Program-made: the position numbers and the translations under genes | NCBI GenBank assembly: GCA_944381075.1 | Contig: CALWJT010000037.1 | Location: 57,879 to 121,878, forward strand | Length of the DNA: 64,000 bases | Direction of reading: 5' to 3' | DNA from: an uncultured Clostridia bacterium | GTDB taxonomy: Bacteria > Bacillota > Clostridia > Oscillospirales > CAG-272 | Notes under the pieces: model-generated | Databases searched by the model: none | What the model was told of the DNA's origin: nothing | The model's input: the letters and a program-made list of their open reading frames with translations, nothing else | Shown: positions 24,677-33,491 of the stretch, piece by piece | How the letters are laid out: each line of letters starts with the position of its first letter | How positions within the stretch are numbered: the first letter of the stretch is position 1

Positions 24677-26953
24677 ATGGACGCAAAAACACAGACCATG
24701 TCGGGGCAGCTTTTGGAAATTGCCGAGCGCATTCGGGAGATGCGGCGGGTATCGGGCTTTTCTGAGGAGGAAATGGCGCAAAAAACGGATACCTCGCTCG
24801 CCGAATACCGTCAGTATGAGGCGGGGGCTTTGGATTTTCCTTTTACCTTTATCCATAAGTGCGCGATCGCCTTCGGCATCAGCATCGCGGATATCCTGGA
24901 AGGGGAGAGCCCGAAGCTTTCTTCCTATATGGTGACAAGAAAAGGCGAAGGGCAGCAGACGGCGAGGGAGGACGGCATCAGCATCCAAAACTTGGCGCCG
25001 CTGTTCCGCGGAAAGCTGGCAGAGCCGTACTGGGTACGGTACGAGTATTCGGAGGAGCTGCAGCACCGGCCGATCCATTTGACGACGCATTCCGGCCAGG
25101 AATTTGACATCGTGCTTTCCGGAAAGCTCAAGGTCCAGGTCGGCTCCAATACGGAGATCCTGAACGAGGGGGACAGCATCTTCTATGATTCCTCCACCCC
25201 CCACGGCATGATCGCCGTAGACGGTCAGGACTGCTGCTTCTGCGCCGTCGTCATTCCCGGCGAGAGTACGCCGGAACGGGAGATCCGGGACAGTGTGGTC
25301 TCTGCCCGGCGCGTAGAAAAGCTCGTCTGCAGCAAATTCATCGAAACCGTCGAGGACGAGAACGGAACGCCGCTTGAGATCCGTTATAAGGATCAGGAGC
25401 ACTTCAACTTCGCGTTCGATATCGTCGATGAGATCGCCGCCAAATATCCGGATAAAACGGCGATGGTCCATCTGGACCGCGACAAAAACGAAAGGCGCTT
25501 TACTTTTGCGGACATGAAGCGTGCTTCTTCCCAGTGCGCGAATTATTTCAAATCGCTCGGCATCCGGAAAGGCGACCGTGTGATGCTGGTCCTCAAGCGC
25601 CACTATGCGTTCTGGTTCGCGATCCTCGGCCTGCATAAGCTCGGCGCGATCGCGGTCCCCGCTACCAATCTTTTGAAGGACCATGATTTTGTGTATCGCT
25701 TCAACGCGGCCGGCATTTCCGCTATTCTTTGTACAGCGGACGGCGACGTGGCGGAGCAGGTCGAGCTTGCCGAGCGGGAGTCCCCGACGCTGAAAACAAA
25801 AATTCTTGTCGGCGGTACGCGCGACGGCTGGCATGATTTTGACAGCAGCTACAGCCTGTTTTCCGGAAAGTTCGCACGCGGCGAGGACGCGCCCTGCGGC
25901 TCGGATACGATGCTGATGTTCTTTACCTCCGGCACGACCGGCTATCCGAAAATCGCCGCGCACAGCTATACATATCCCTTAGCGCATTTCGCTACGGCAA
26001 AATACTGGCATTCGGTGGATTCCGACGGCCTGCACTTTACCATTTCCGATACGGGCTGGGGAAAGGCGCTCTGGGGCAAGCTCTACGGACAGTGGCTCTG
26101 CGAGGGCGCGGTGTTTACCTATGATTTCGACCGCTTCCATGCCGCCGATATCCTGCCGCTGTTTGCGAAATATCATATCACGACGTTCTGTGCGCCTCCG
26201 ACCATGTACCGCATGATGATCAAGGAGGATATCTCCAAATACGATTTCAGCTCGGTCAAACGGGCGACGACGGCAGGGGAGGCGCTCAATCCGGAAGTAT
26301 TCCTCCAGTTTGAAAAGGCGACGGGGCTCAAGCTCATGGAAGGCTTCGGCCAGACGGAAACCACGCTTACCATTGCCAATCTGACGGGGACGACCCACAA
26401 GCTCGGCGCAATGGGAAAGCCGGTCCCGCCCTATCAGATCGAATTGCTGTCACCGGACGGCAAACCGGTCGCGGACGGCGAAACGGGAGAGATCTGCATT
26501 CGCGCGGAAGAGGGCAATCTCCCGTGCGGACTGTTCCAAGGCTATTGGGGCGAGCCGGAGAAAACGGCGGAGGTTTGGCACGACGGCTATTATCATACGA
26601 GAGACGTCGCATGGCGGGATGAGGAGGGCTCTTTTTGGTACGTCGGCCGCAGCGACGACGTCATCAAATCCTCCGGCTACCGCATCGGACCATTTGAGAT
26701 CGAGAGCGTTATCATGGAGCTTCCGTATGTGCTGGAGTGCGGCGTTTCCGCGGCGCCGGACGAGGTCCGCGGACAGGTCGTCAAGGCGAGCGTCGTCCTG
26801 ACGAAGGGAACCGAGCCGTCCGAAGCGCTGAAAAAAGAAATTCAGGAATACGTCAAGGAAAAGACCGCGCCGTATAAATATCCCCGCATCGTCGTGTTCC
26901 GTGATGAGCTGCCGAAAACCATCAGCGGAAAGATTATCCGCAATCAGCTGTGA
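24677..26953 (+). CDS. fusion protein: XRE-type HTH + cupin domain + AMP-forming (medium-chain/ACSM-like) acyl-CoA synthetase
   Basis: Start MDAKTQTMSGQLLEIAERIREMRRVSGFSEEEMAQKT (HTH_3) with RBS GGAGGGAAAGG. Cupin: HSGQEFDIVLSGKLKV..G.....L.EGDSIFYDSSTPHG. ANL motifs: FFTSGTTGYPK, GYWG.PEKT, YHTRDVA, GRSDDVIKSSGYRIGPFEIES, PKTISGKI. The track ORF (from 24377) reads through the T-box. Confidence 0.85.
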   Translation: MDAKTQTMSGQLLEIAERIREMRRVSGFSEEEMAQKTDTSLAEYRQYEAGALDFPFTFIHKCAIAFGISIADILEGESPKLSSYMVTRKGEGQQTAREDGISIQNLAPLFRGKLAEPYWVRYEYSEELQHRPIHLTTHSGQEFDIVLSGKLKVQVGSNTEILNEGDSIFYDSSTPHGMIAVDGQDCCFCAVVIPGESTPEREIRDSVVSARRVEKLVCSKFIETVEDENGTPLEIRYKDQEHFNFAFDIVDEIAAKYPDKTAMVHLDRDKNERRFTFADMKRASSQCANYFKSLGIRKGDRVMLVLKRHYAFWFAILGLHKLGAIAVPATNLLKDHDFVYRFNAAGISAILCTADGDVAEQVELAERESPTLKTKILVGGTRDGWHDFDSSYSLFSGKFARGEDAPCGSDTMLMFFTSGTTGYPKIAAHSYTYPLAHFATAKYWHSVDSDGLHFTISDTGWGKALWGKLYGQWLCEGAVFTYDFDRFHAADILPLFAKYHITTFCAPPTMYRMMIKEDISKYDFSSVKRATTAGEALNPEVFLQFEKATGLKLMEGFGQTETTLTIANLTGTTHKLGAMGKPVPPYQIELLSPDGKPVADGETGEICIRAEEGNLPCGLFQGYWGEPEKTAEVWHDGYYHTRDVAWRDEEGSFWYVGRSDDVIKSSGYRIGPFEIESVIMELPYVLECGVSAAPDEVRGQVVKASVVLTKGTEPSEALKKEIQEYVKEKTAPYKYPRIVVFRDELPKTISGKIIRNQL

Positions 26954-26973
26954 TCCCGCAAGGAGGGCTTTTC

Positions 26974-27654
26974 GTGAATATTTCTCGCGTGACATTGTTC
27001 GCCGGCCACTATGGAAGCGGCAAAACCAATATTGCGGTAAATTATGCGGAATACCTTGCAGCGCTGGGATATCCTGTAACGATTGCGGACCTTGATATCG
27101 TCAATCCCTATTTCCGCACGTCAGACAGCGAGGCGGAGCTTGCCGCCCGCGGCATACGGCTGCTTCGTCCCGTTTATGCGAATACCAATCTCGATCTTCC
27201 GGCACTGCCGGCGGAGATGTACGATGTCGTACGGGATACCGACCGGTTTGCGGTGCTGGATATCGGCGGAGACGACAGGGGCGCATATGCGCTGGGAAGG
27301 TATGCCCCTTCTATTCTCGAGGAAAATCGTTATGAAATGCTGTTCGTCGCGAATTTTTACCGTCCGCTGACAAGAGATGCGGGAGCGGCGCTCGAGGTGA
27401 TGCGGGAGATCGAATGTGCCTGCGGCATCCGTTTTACCGCGCTTGTCAACAACTCCAACCTTGGAGAAGAAACGACGCCGGAGGCGGTGCTGGAAACGGC
27501 GCCGGAGATCGAGCGGCTTTCCGGCATGTGCGGGCTTCCCGTCAAAATGACGACGGTGCGCCGGAGACTCGTTCCGGCGCTTGCGGACAGCGTGCGGCAT
27601 TTATTTGCGCTGGACCTTCAGAAAAAATATTTTGAATCATTTCCATCCGCTTAA
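26974..27654 (+). CDS. P-loop NTPase (SIMIBI class, MinD/ParA/CooC-like) of unknown role
   Basis: GTG start 6 nt after AAGGAGGG. Walker A FAGHYGSGKTNIAVN, Walker B-like AVLDIGGDD. Embedded between the ligase and the oxidoreductase genes. Confidence 0.7.
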   Translation: MNISRVTLFAGHYGSGKTNIAVNYAEYLAALGYPVTIADLDIVNPYFRTSDSEAELAARGIRLLRPVYANTNLDLPALPAEMYDVVRDTDRFAVLDIGGDDRGAYALGRYAPSILEENRYEMLFVANFYRPLTRDAGAALEVMREIECACGIRFTALVNNSNLGEETTPEAVLETAPEIERLSGMCGLPVKMTTVRRRLVPALADSVRHLFALDLQKKYFESFPSA

Positions 27655-27689
27655 AAACGGATGTCTGATAGGAAGGAGATCAAAAACCG

Positions 27690-27896
27690 ATGGCAAAGCT
27701 TACGTTTCAAACGGACCTCTGCAAGGGCTGCGGACTGTGCGTGGACGCCTGTCCGAAAAAAATCCTTGCGCTGGCAAAGGGCAAGATCAACAAAAAAGGA
27801 CACAATCCGGTCGAGGTAATCGACGAAAGTCTCTGTATCGGATGCGCTTTCTGCGCGACGATGTGTCCGGACTGCATCATTACGGTCGAAAAATAA
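27690..27896 (+). CDS. 2x[4Fe-4S] ferredoxin, delta subunit of 2-oxoacid:ferredoxin oxidoreductase
   Basis: 68 aa with CKGCGLCVDACP and CIGCAFCATMCP cluster motifs. Confidence 0.85.
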   Translation: MAKLTFQTDLCKGCGLCVDACPKKILALAKGKINKKGHNPVEVIDESLCIGCAFCATMCPDCIITVEK

Positions 27897-27941
27897 AATA
27901 TACCGCTTTCCGGTTCATGCCGGAGGCTATGGAGGTTAAGT

Positions 27942-29006
27942 ATGGCAGAAAAAGTTTTGATGAAAGGGAATGAGGCGATCGCCGAGGCGGCAATCGCCGC
28001 CGGGTGCCGCCATTATTACGGATATCCGATCACGCCTCAGACGGAGATCGCCGCCTATATGGCGAAGCGCATGCCAAAGATAGGAGGCGTGTTCCTTCAG
28101 GCGGAAAGCGAGATTGCCGCCATCAACATGGTGTATGGGACCGCGTCGGCGGGATACCGCGTCATGACGTCCTCGTCGAGTCCCGGCATATCGCTCAAAT
28201 CCGAGGGACTGTCCTACATCGCAGGAAGCGATCTGCCCTCTCTTGTTGTCAACGTACAGCGCGGCGGTCCGGGTCTTGGAAGCATCCAGCCTGGGCAGTC
28301 CGATTATTTTCAGGCGACCAAGGGCGGAGGACACGGCGACTATCATATGATCGTGCTGGCGCCTGCGTCCGTGCAGGAGATGGCGAGCCTGACGGTAAAG
28401 GGGTTCGATCTTGCGGACAAATACCGCATGACGTCTATGATTCTTGCCGACGGAACCATGGGGCAGATGATGGAGCCGGTGTCCTTTGAACATATCGAAG
28501 TCAAGACCTATGACAAGCCGTGGGCGCTGACAGGCACGCGGGGGAAGCGGAAGCATAACATCATTACCTCACTTTCCCTTGTTCCCAAGGAGCTGGAGGA
28601 ATGGAATTTCTCCCGTTATGAAAGATATCGCCTCATTGAAGAGAACGAGGTGATGTACGAGGAATTCATGATGGAGGACGCAGAGGTCTGCATCGTCGCG
28701 TTCGGCATTTCCGCGCGCGTGTCGCAGAATGCGATCCGCATGGCGCGGGCCAAGGGTATACGCGCGGGGATGATCCGTCCTATCACGCTCTGGCCGTTCC
28801 CGAAAGCGCCGCTTGCCAAGGCTGCGGACAAGGTACGCGCGTTTATCAGCGTTGAGCTTTCCATGGGACAGATGATCGAGGACGTCGAGCTTGCAACAAG
28901 ATGCAAAAGGCCGGTGCTCCTCTGCAACCGGGTGGGCGGCATGATTCCTTCGCCGGAATCGGTGCTCGCAAAGATCGAAGAAGCGATGGGAGGCGACAGA
29001 ACATGA
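27942..29006 (+). CDS. 2-oxoacid:ferredoxin oxidoreductase alpha subunit (VorB/KorA type, ~350 aa)
   Basis: MAEKVLMKGNEAIAEAAI.AGC..YYGYPITPQTEI... and ...GGPGLGSIQP.QSDY are canonical for the alpha subunit. Confidence 0.9.
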   Translation: MAEKVLMKGNEAIAEAAIAAGCRHYYGYPITPQTEIAAYMAKRMPKIGGVFLQAESEIAAINMVYGTASAGYRVMTSSSSPGISLKSEGLSYIAGSDLPSLVVNVQRGGPGLGSIQPGQSDYFQATKGGGHGDYHMIVLAPASVQEMASLTVKGFDLADKYRMTSMILADGTMGQMMEPVSFEHIEVKTYDKPWALTGTRGKRKHNIITSLSLVPKELEEWNFSRYERYRLIEENEVMYEEFMMEDAEVCIVAFGISARVSQNAIRMARAKGIRAGMIRPITLWPFPKAPLAKAADKVRAFISVELSMGQMIEDVELATRCKRPVLLCNRVGGMIPSPESVLAKIEEAMGGDRT

Positions 29007-29773
29007 TCGTATTTGAAAAACCGAAGGCGCTGACCGACGCGCCGCTGCATTATTGTCCGGGCTGCACGCACGGGATCATCCACAGGCTGGTCGCCGAAGC
29101 GATCGATTCGCTCGGCATCGAGGGGATCACCGTCGGCGTAGCACCGGTCGGCTGCGCGGTGTTCGCCTACAACTACTTTTCCTGTGATATGGTCGAAGCC
29201 GCGCATGGACGTGCGCCGGCGGTCGCGACGGGACTCAAGCGCGCGGAGCCGGAGAATATCATTTTTACCTATCAGGGCGACGGTGACCTTGCCTCCATTG
29301 GCATGGCGGAAACCGTGCATGCCGCTGCGAGAAACGAGAACATCACCATTGTTTTTGTCAACAATGCAATCTACGGGATGACGGGCGGACAGATGGCGCC
29401 GACCTCGCTTCCCGGTCAGGTCACACAAACATCTCCTTACGGACGCGATACGTCGGTCTGCGGATTTCCTGTGCGCGTGTGCGAGATGCTCTCTCAGGTG
29501 GACGGCGCCGAATACATCGAGCGCGTCGCCGTCAATAACGTGAAAAACGTCAAGAACGCTGGACGCGCGATCAAAAAGGCGTTTGAAAATCAGATCAACA
29601 AAAAGGGATTTTCCTTGATAGAGGTGATCTCCTCCTGTCCTACCAACTGGGGGCTCACGCCGCAGAAGGCGCTGGAATGGGTAGAGGAAAAAATGATCCC
29701 GTATTATCCGCTCGGCGTATATAAGGACCGCAGCGCCGGATTTGTTTACGGAAAGGAGGGCGCGGCAAGATGA
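29003..29773 (+). CDS. 2-oxoacid:ferredoxin oxidoreductase beta subunit (TPP-binding)
   Basis: Start MIVFEKPKALTD.PLHYCPGCTHG (ATGA overlap with alpha). GDGD...NN..YGMTGGQ TPP motif. The track ORF start at 28901 is an upstream extension. Confidence 0.9.
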   Translation: MIVFEKPKALTDAPLHYCPGCTHGIIHRLVAEAIDSLGIEGITVGVAPVGCAVFAYNYFSCDMVEAAHGRAPAVATGLKRAEPENIIFTYQGDGDLASIGMAETVHAAARNENITIVFVNNAIYGMTGGQMAPTSLPGQVTQTSPYGRDTSVCGFPVRVCEMLSQVDGAEYIERVAVNNVKNVKNAGRAIKKAFENQINKKGFSLIEVISSCPTNWGLTPQKALEWVEEKMIPYYPLGVYKDRSAGFVYGKEGAAR

Positions 29774-30306
29774 GCACGACACAGATTTTGATCGCCGGCT
29801 TCGGCGGACAGGGCGTTCTGTTCGCCGGGAAATTCCTTGCTTATAAAGGGATGCTGGAGGAAAAGCAGATCAGCTGGCTGCCGTCCTATGGGCCGGAGAT
29901 GCGCGGCGGAACGGCAAATTGCAGCGTTATTGTCAGTGACACGCCGGTCGGCTCTCCGATTGTCACGGAACCGGATGTGCTTGTGGCGATGAATCTGCCT
30001 TCCTTCGATAAATATGAAAACGACACGGTCAAGGGAGGACTGATTCTTGTCGACAGCTCCCTGATCGAACGAAAAGCCGTTCGAGAGGACGTCAGCGTAT
30101 TTTACATACCGGCGACCCGAATGGCGCAGGAAGCGGGTTTTCCCACGCTTGCCAATATGATCTTGGTGGGCAAGCTGCTGCGCGAGTGTCCGGAGATGGG
30201 ATACGAAAATACCGAGGCCGCGCTCAAAAAGGTAGTTTCCGCCAAGCATATGGATCTTTTTGATTTGAATCTGAAGGCGATCGACATGGGGTATCGTTTT
30301 GCTTGA
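29770..30306 (+). CDS. 2-oxoacid:ferredoxin oxidoreductase gamma subunit
   Basis: [17 protein letters not shown]........[24 protein letters not shown] is the gamma-subunit signature. 4-nt overlap with beta. Confidence 0.9.
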   Translation: MSTTQILIAGFGGQGVLFAGKFLAYKGMLEEKQISWLPSYGPEMRGGTANCSVIVSDTPVGSPIVTEPDVLVAMNLPSFDKYENDTVKGGLILVDSSLIERKAVREDVSVFYIPATRMAQEAGFPTLANMILVGKLLRECPEMGYENTEAALKKVVSAKHMDLFDLNLKAIDMGYRFA

Positions 30307-30316
30307 ACGCTGATTG

Positions 30317-30354
30317 AAAGCTGTCCCGCACAGAATTGCGGGACAGCTTTTTTG
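30317..30354 (+). terminator. intrinsic terminator of the Ile T-box operon
   Basis: AAAGCTGTCCCGCA-CAGAAT-TGCGGGACAGCTTT+TTTTG. Confidence 0.85.
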
Positions 30355-30409
30355 TTTTGTCCGTACGAATGGCGCTGACACGAGAAAACGGCCAAATGCA
30401 GGATACCGC

Positions 30410-30438
30410 TTGACAAAGGCGGCGGTCTGCGTTATAAT
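30410..30438 (+). promoter_or_regulatory. consensus sigma-A promoter
   Basis: TTGACA (30410-15), 17 nt spacer, TATAAT (30433-38). Confidence 0.6.
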
Positions 30439-30485
30439 AATCCGGATCGTAAATGATTTTTACTTGCGGAAAAGAGGAGCGATGA

Positions 30486-31349
30486 TTGCAAAAAATGATC
30501 GGAGAAAAAATAAGAGCGCTTCGCATACAGAAAAAAATGACGCAGGCAGAGCTTGCAGGCAGCTTTATAACGCGCAATATGCTCAGCCAAATCGAGAATG
30601 GAGTTGCCATGCCTTCCGTGCCAACGGTCTTAGAGCTTGCAAAACGTCTGGACGTGCCGGCGTCATATTTTTTTTCGGATGCCGGTACGCTCGACGATTA
30701 CCGAAAAATCGGTGCGCTCGATAAAATCAAAAAGCTTTACGCGGCAAAGGAATATGAAAAATGCTTGGGAAAGCTGAGGGAACTCAGCATTTTTGACGAT
30801 GAGACGGAGATGCTCTATGCGTGGGCCAGTCTTTCCTGCGGGATCGAAAAATATCGCGCGGGGTATTTGAAAAGCGCCCGCTCCTACTTTGAGGAAGCGT
30901 TGACGCATTCCCAAAAAAGCTTATACGGAAATCCGGCTCTTTCGGACACGGCCGCGCAGTACCTTGACGCGGTCGCATGGATCCGTGCGGGGGAAAAGAC
31001 GCCTTATCCAAGGACCGAGCGGGATACCGCAGCCGAGCTTGGCGTCCTTGCGGATCTTTCTTATATTCAGGCGGTCGCCGGAGAGCGGGAGACGTTTGAA
31101 TACGGAACAGCCTTTCCGATGTATGCGGACCATTTAAAGGCGCGGGCGGATATGCAAAAGGGAAATTATAGAACGGCGGCGCAATCGCTCAAGGAGCTGG
31201 TGGCCCGGGACGGCGAAAAGCGTTACGCTGTGATGAAATATTACGCATTGCACGATCTTGAGTCCTGCAGCAGCAGGGAAGGCGACTATAAATGCGCTTA
31301 TGAATGTGCGAGCGCCGGCCGTGCGCTTGCGGAAAAAATGAACAAATAA
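30486..31349 (+). CDS. XRE-family HTH transcriptional regulator with helical (TPR-like) C-terminal domain
   Basis: IGEKIRALRIQKKMTQAELAG.....NMLSQIENG.A.PS..TVLELAKRLDVP is an HTH_3 domain. TTG start 6 nt after GAGGAG. Confidence 0.7.
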   Translation: MQKMIGEKIRALRIQKKMTQAELAGSFITRNMLSQIENGVAMPSVPTVLELAKRLDVPASYFFSDAGTLDDYRKIGALDKIKKLYAAKEYEKCLGKLRELSIFDDETEMLYAWASLSCGIEKYRAGYLKSARSYFEEALTHSQKSLYGNPALSDTAAQYLDAVAWIRAGEKTPYPRTERDTAAELGVLADLSYIQAVAGERETFEYGTAFPMYADHLKARADMQKGNYRTAAQSLKELVARDGEKRYAVMKYYALHDLESCSSREGDYKCAYECASAGRALAEKMNK

Positions 31350-31366
31350 AAAGGACAGGTAGAGTG

Positions 31367-33085
31367 ATGTTAAAACGATTCCTTCGGTATTATAAACCCC
31401 ATCGAAAGCTTTTTGCGCTCGATATGCTTTGTTCGTTCCTGCTTTCGATCTGCGATCTTTTTTATCCGATGATCACAAGATCGATGCTGAACGACTATAT
31501 CCCGAACAAAAAGCTGCGTGTCTTGATTGTATGGGGCGTTCTTTTGCTTGTGATTTACCTTGTGAAAATGGCCTTTAAGTATTTTATTCAGTATTACGGA
31601 CATGTCGTCGGCGTCCGCATGCAGGCGGATATGAGAAAAGAGGCCTTTGAACATATCGAGAAGCTGCCGTTTTCCTATTTCGACAACAACAAGACAGGCT
31701 CTATCATGTCGCGGATCGTCAACGATCTGCAGGAGATCGCGGAGCTCGCGCATCATGGGCCGGAGGACCTGATCGTTTCCGTGTTTTTGCTTGTCGGCTC
31801 TTTTATTCTGATGGCGACCATCCACCTGCCGCTGACGCTGATCATTTTTGCCTGCATTCCGTTCCTTGTGATTTTTGCCGCCAGAAAGCGACTGAAAATG
31901 AGCAGAGCATTCACGGAATCCCGTGTAGAGGTCGCCGAGGTCAATGCGACGCTGGAAAACAGCATTGCCGGCATCCGCGTTTCCAAGGCGTTCGACAATG
32001 CCGCCTATGAAACGGAAAAATTTGAATCCAGCAACCGCAGATTTGTCCTTGCAAAATCCAAGGCGTACCGCGCGATGGCGGAATTTTTCGGCGGGAACGG
32101 CTTTATCGTCGATTTTCTGAACGTCGTCATTCTGGTGGCGGGCGGACTGTTCACTTATTACGGCGCGATTAGTTTTGCAGACTTTGCGTCGTTTATCATC
32201 TTCGTCAACATTTTCATGACGCCGATCCGCAATCTCATCAACTTTGTCGAACAGCTTCAGGACGGCATGAGCGGCTTTGTCCGCTTCTGCGAGCTTGTCG
32301 ACACGCCTGTCGAGCAGGATGCGCCGGACGCGCGTGCGCTGGAATCCGTCAAGGGAAAAATCGAGTTTGAACATGTGAGCTTTTCATACGAGGAAGGGGA
32401 AAAGCAGATCCTTTCGGATATCAATCTTGCCATCGAGCCGGGGGAAACCGTGGCGCTGGTGGGACCTTCCGGCGCTGGAAAAACCACGATGTGTCATATT
32501 CTGCCGAGGTTTTATGACCTTGCGGGCGGACGGATCCTCATCGATGGCCAGGACATTACCGGTGTGACCCGCTCCTCCCTGCGCCGAAATATCGGCATCG
32601 TGACGCAGGACGTGTTCCTTTTCACGGGAACCATATATGAAAATATCGCGTACGGCAGGGAAACCGCTTCCCGCGAGGAGGTGGAGAACGCGGCAAGGCT
32701 TGCCAATATCCATGACTTTATCGTATCGCTGCCGGACGGCTACGATACGTTTGTAGGAGAACGCGGCGTCAAGCTGTCCGGCGGGCAGAAGCAGCGGATC
32801 TCCATTGCGCGCGTTTTCTTAAAGGATCCTGCGATCCTGATTTTGGATGAGGCGACGAGCGCGCTTGACAATGCGACGGAGGTCCTGATTCAAAAGTCGC
32901 TGGATCTGCTTTGCCGGGGGCGTACAACGATCGTCGTTGCACACAGGCTTTCCACTGTCAAGAATGCGGATGAGATCATCGTAATAACCGACGAGGGCAT
33001 CCGGGAACGGGGAAGTCATGCCGCGCTGCTTGAGAAAAACGGGATCTATGCGGAGCTTTACCGGTCGCAGTTCGCCTCCGTATAG
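31367..33085 (+). CDS. ABC exporter, fused permease/ATPase (MsbA/multidrug type)
   Basis: 6-TM N-terminal domain (MLKRFLRYYKPHRKLF...). GPSGAGKTT, LSGGQKQRISIAR, ILILDEATSALD. Confidence 0.9.
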   Translation: MLKRFLRYYKPHRKLFALDMLCSFLLSICDLFYPMITRSMLNDYIPNKKLRVLIVWGVLLLVIYLVKMAFKYFIQYYGHVVGVRMQADMRKEAFEHIEKLPFSYFDNNKTGSIMSRIVNDLQEIAELAHHGPEDLIVSVFLLVGSFILMATIHLPLTLIIFACIPFLVIFAARKRLKMSRAFTESRVEVAEVNATLENSIAGIRVSKAFDNAAYETEKFESSNRRFVLAKSKAYRAMAEFFGGNGFIVDFLNVVILVAGGLFTYYGAISFADFASFIIFVNIFMTPIRNLINFVEQLQDGMSGFVRFCELVDTPVEQDAPDARALESVKGKIEFEHVSFSYEEGEKQILSDINLAIEPGETVALVGPSGAGKTTMCHILPRFYDLAGGRILIDGQDITGVTRSSLRRNIGIVTQDVFLFTGTIYENIAYGRETASREEVENAARLANIHDFIVSLPDGYDTFVGERGVKLSGGQKQRISIARVFLKDPAILILDEATSALDNATEVLIQKSLDLLCRGRTTIVVAHRLSTVKNADEIIVITDEGIRERGSHAALLEKNGIYAELYRSQFASV

Positions 33086-33102
33086 GCTTGAGAGGAGAAG
33101 TT

Positions 33103-33303
33103 ATGACGATCAAAAAATTTGAGGTTGGGGATGTTCTGGAAATGAAAAAGCCGCATCCCTGCGGGACAAACCGAATGAGGGTGCTGCGCGTCGGTTCCGA
33201 TATCCGCATCCTTTGCCTTGGCTGCGGACGGGATGTCACGGTACCGCGGGAGAAGCTCGAAAAAAATATCAAGCGTGTGGTAATGCCGTCTGATGGCAAA
33301 TAA
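33103..33303 (+). CDS. DUF951 family small protein
   Basis: FEVGDVLEMKKPHPCGTNRMRVLRVGSDIRILCLGCGRDVTVPREK matches the DUF951 pattern. ATG after GAGGAG. Confidence 0.8.
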   Translation: MTIKKFEVGDVLEMKKPHPCGTNRMRVLRVGSDIRILCLGCGRDVTVPREKLEKNIKRVVMPSDGK

Positions 33304-33491
33304 CAGCAATAATCACAATTTTGAAGATGTCCATTTGGCAAATTTATATAAAATTGATAAGAGCGGGTAAATTATCCCCGAAAATGCTTGAAAAATTTTA
33401 GAATATCGTGTATCATATAATTAAAGAACGGTGCCGGGATGACGAGTAGCGGCGCCGAACAAATTCATTCCGTCAAGAAAGAGGTTTTATT

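Noticed and set aside
24635-25963. 442-aa minus-strand ORF
   Set aside because: It is antisense to the HTH-cupin-ligase gene, with Arg-rich junk composition.
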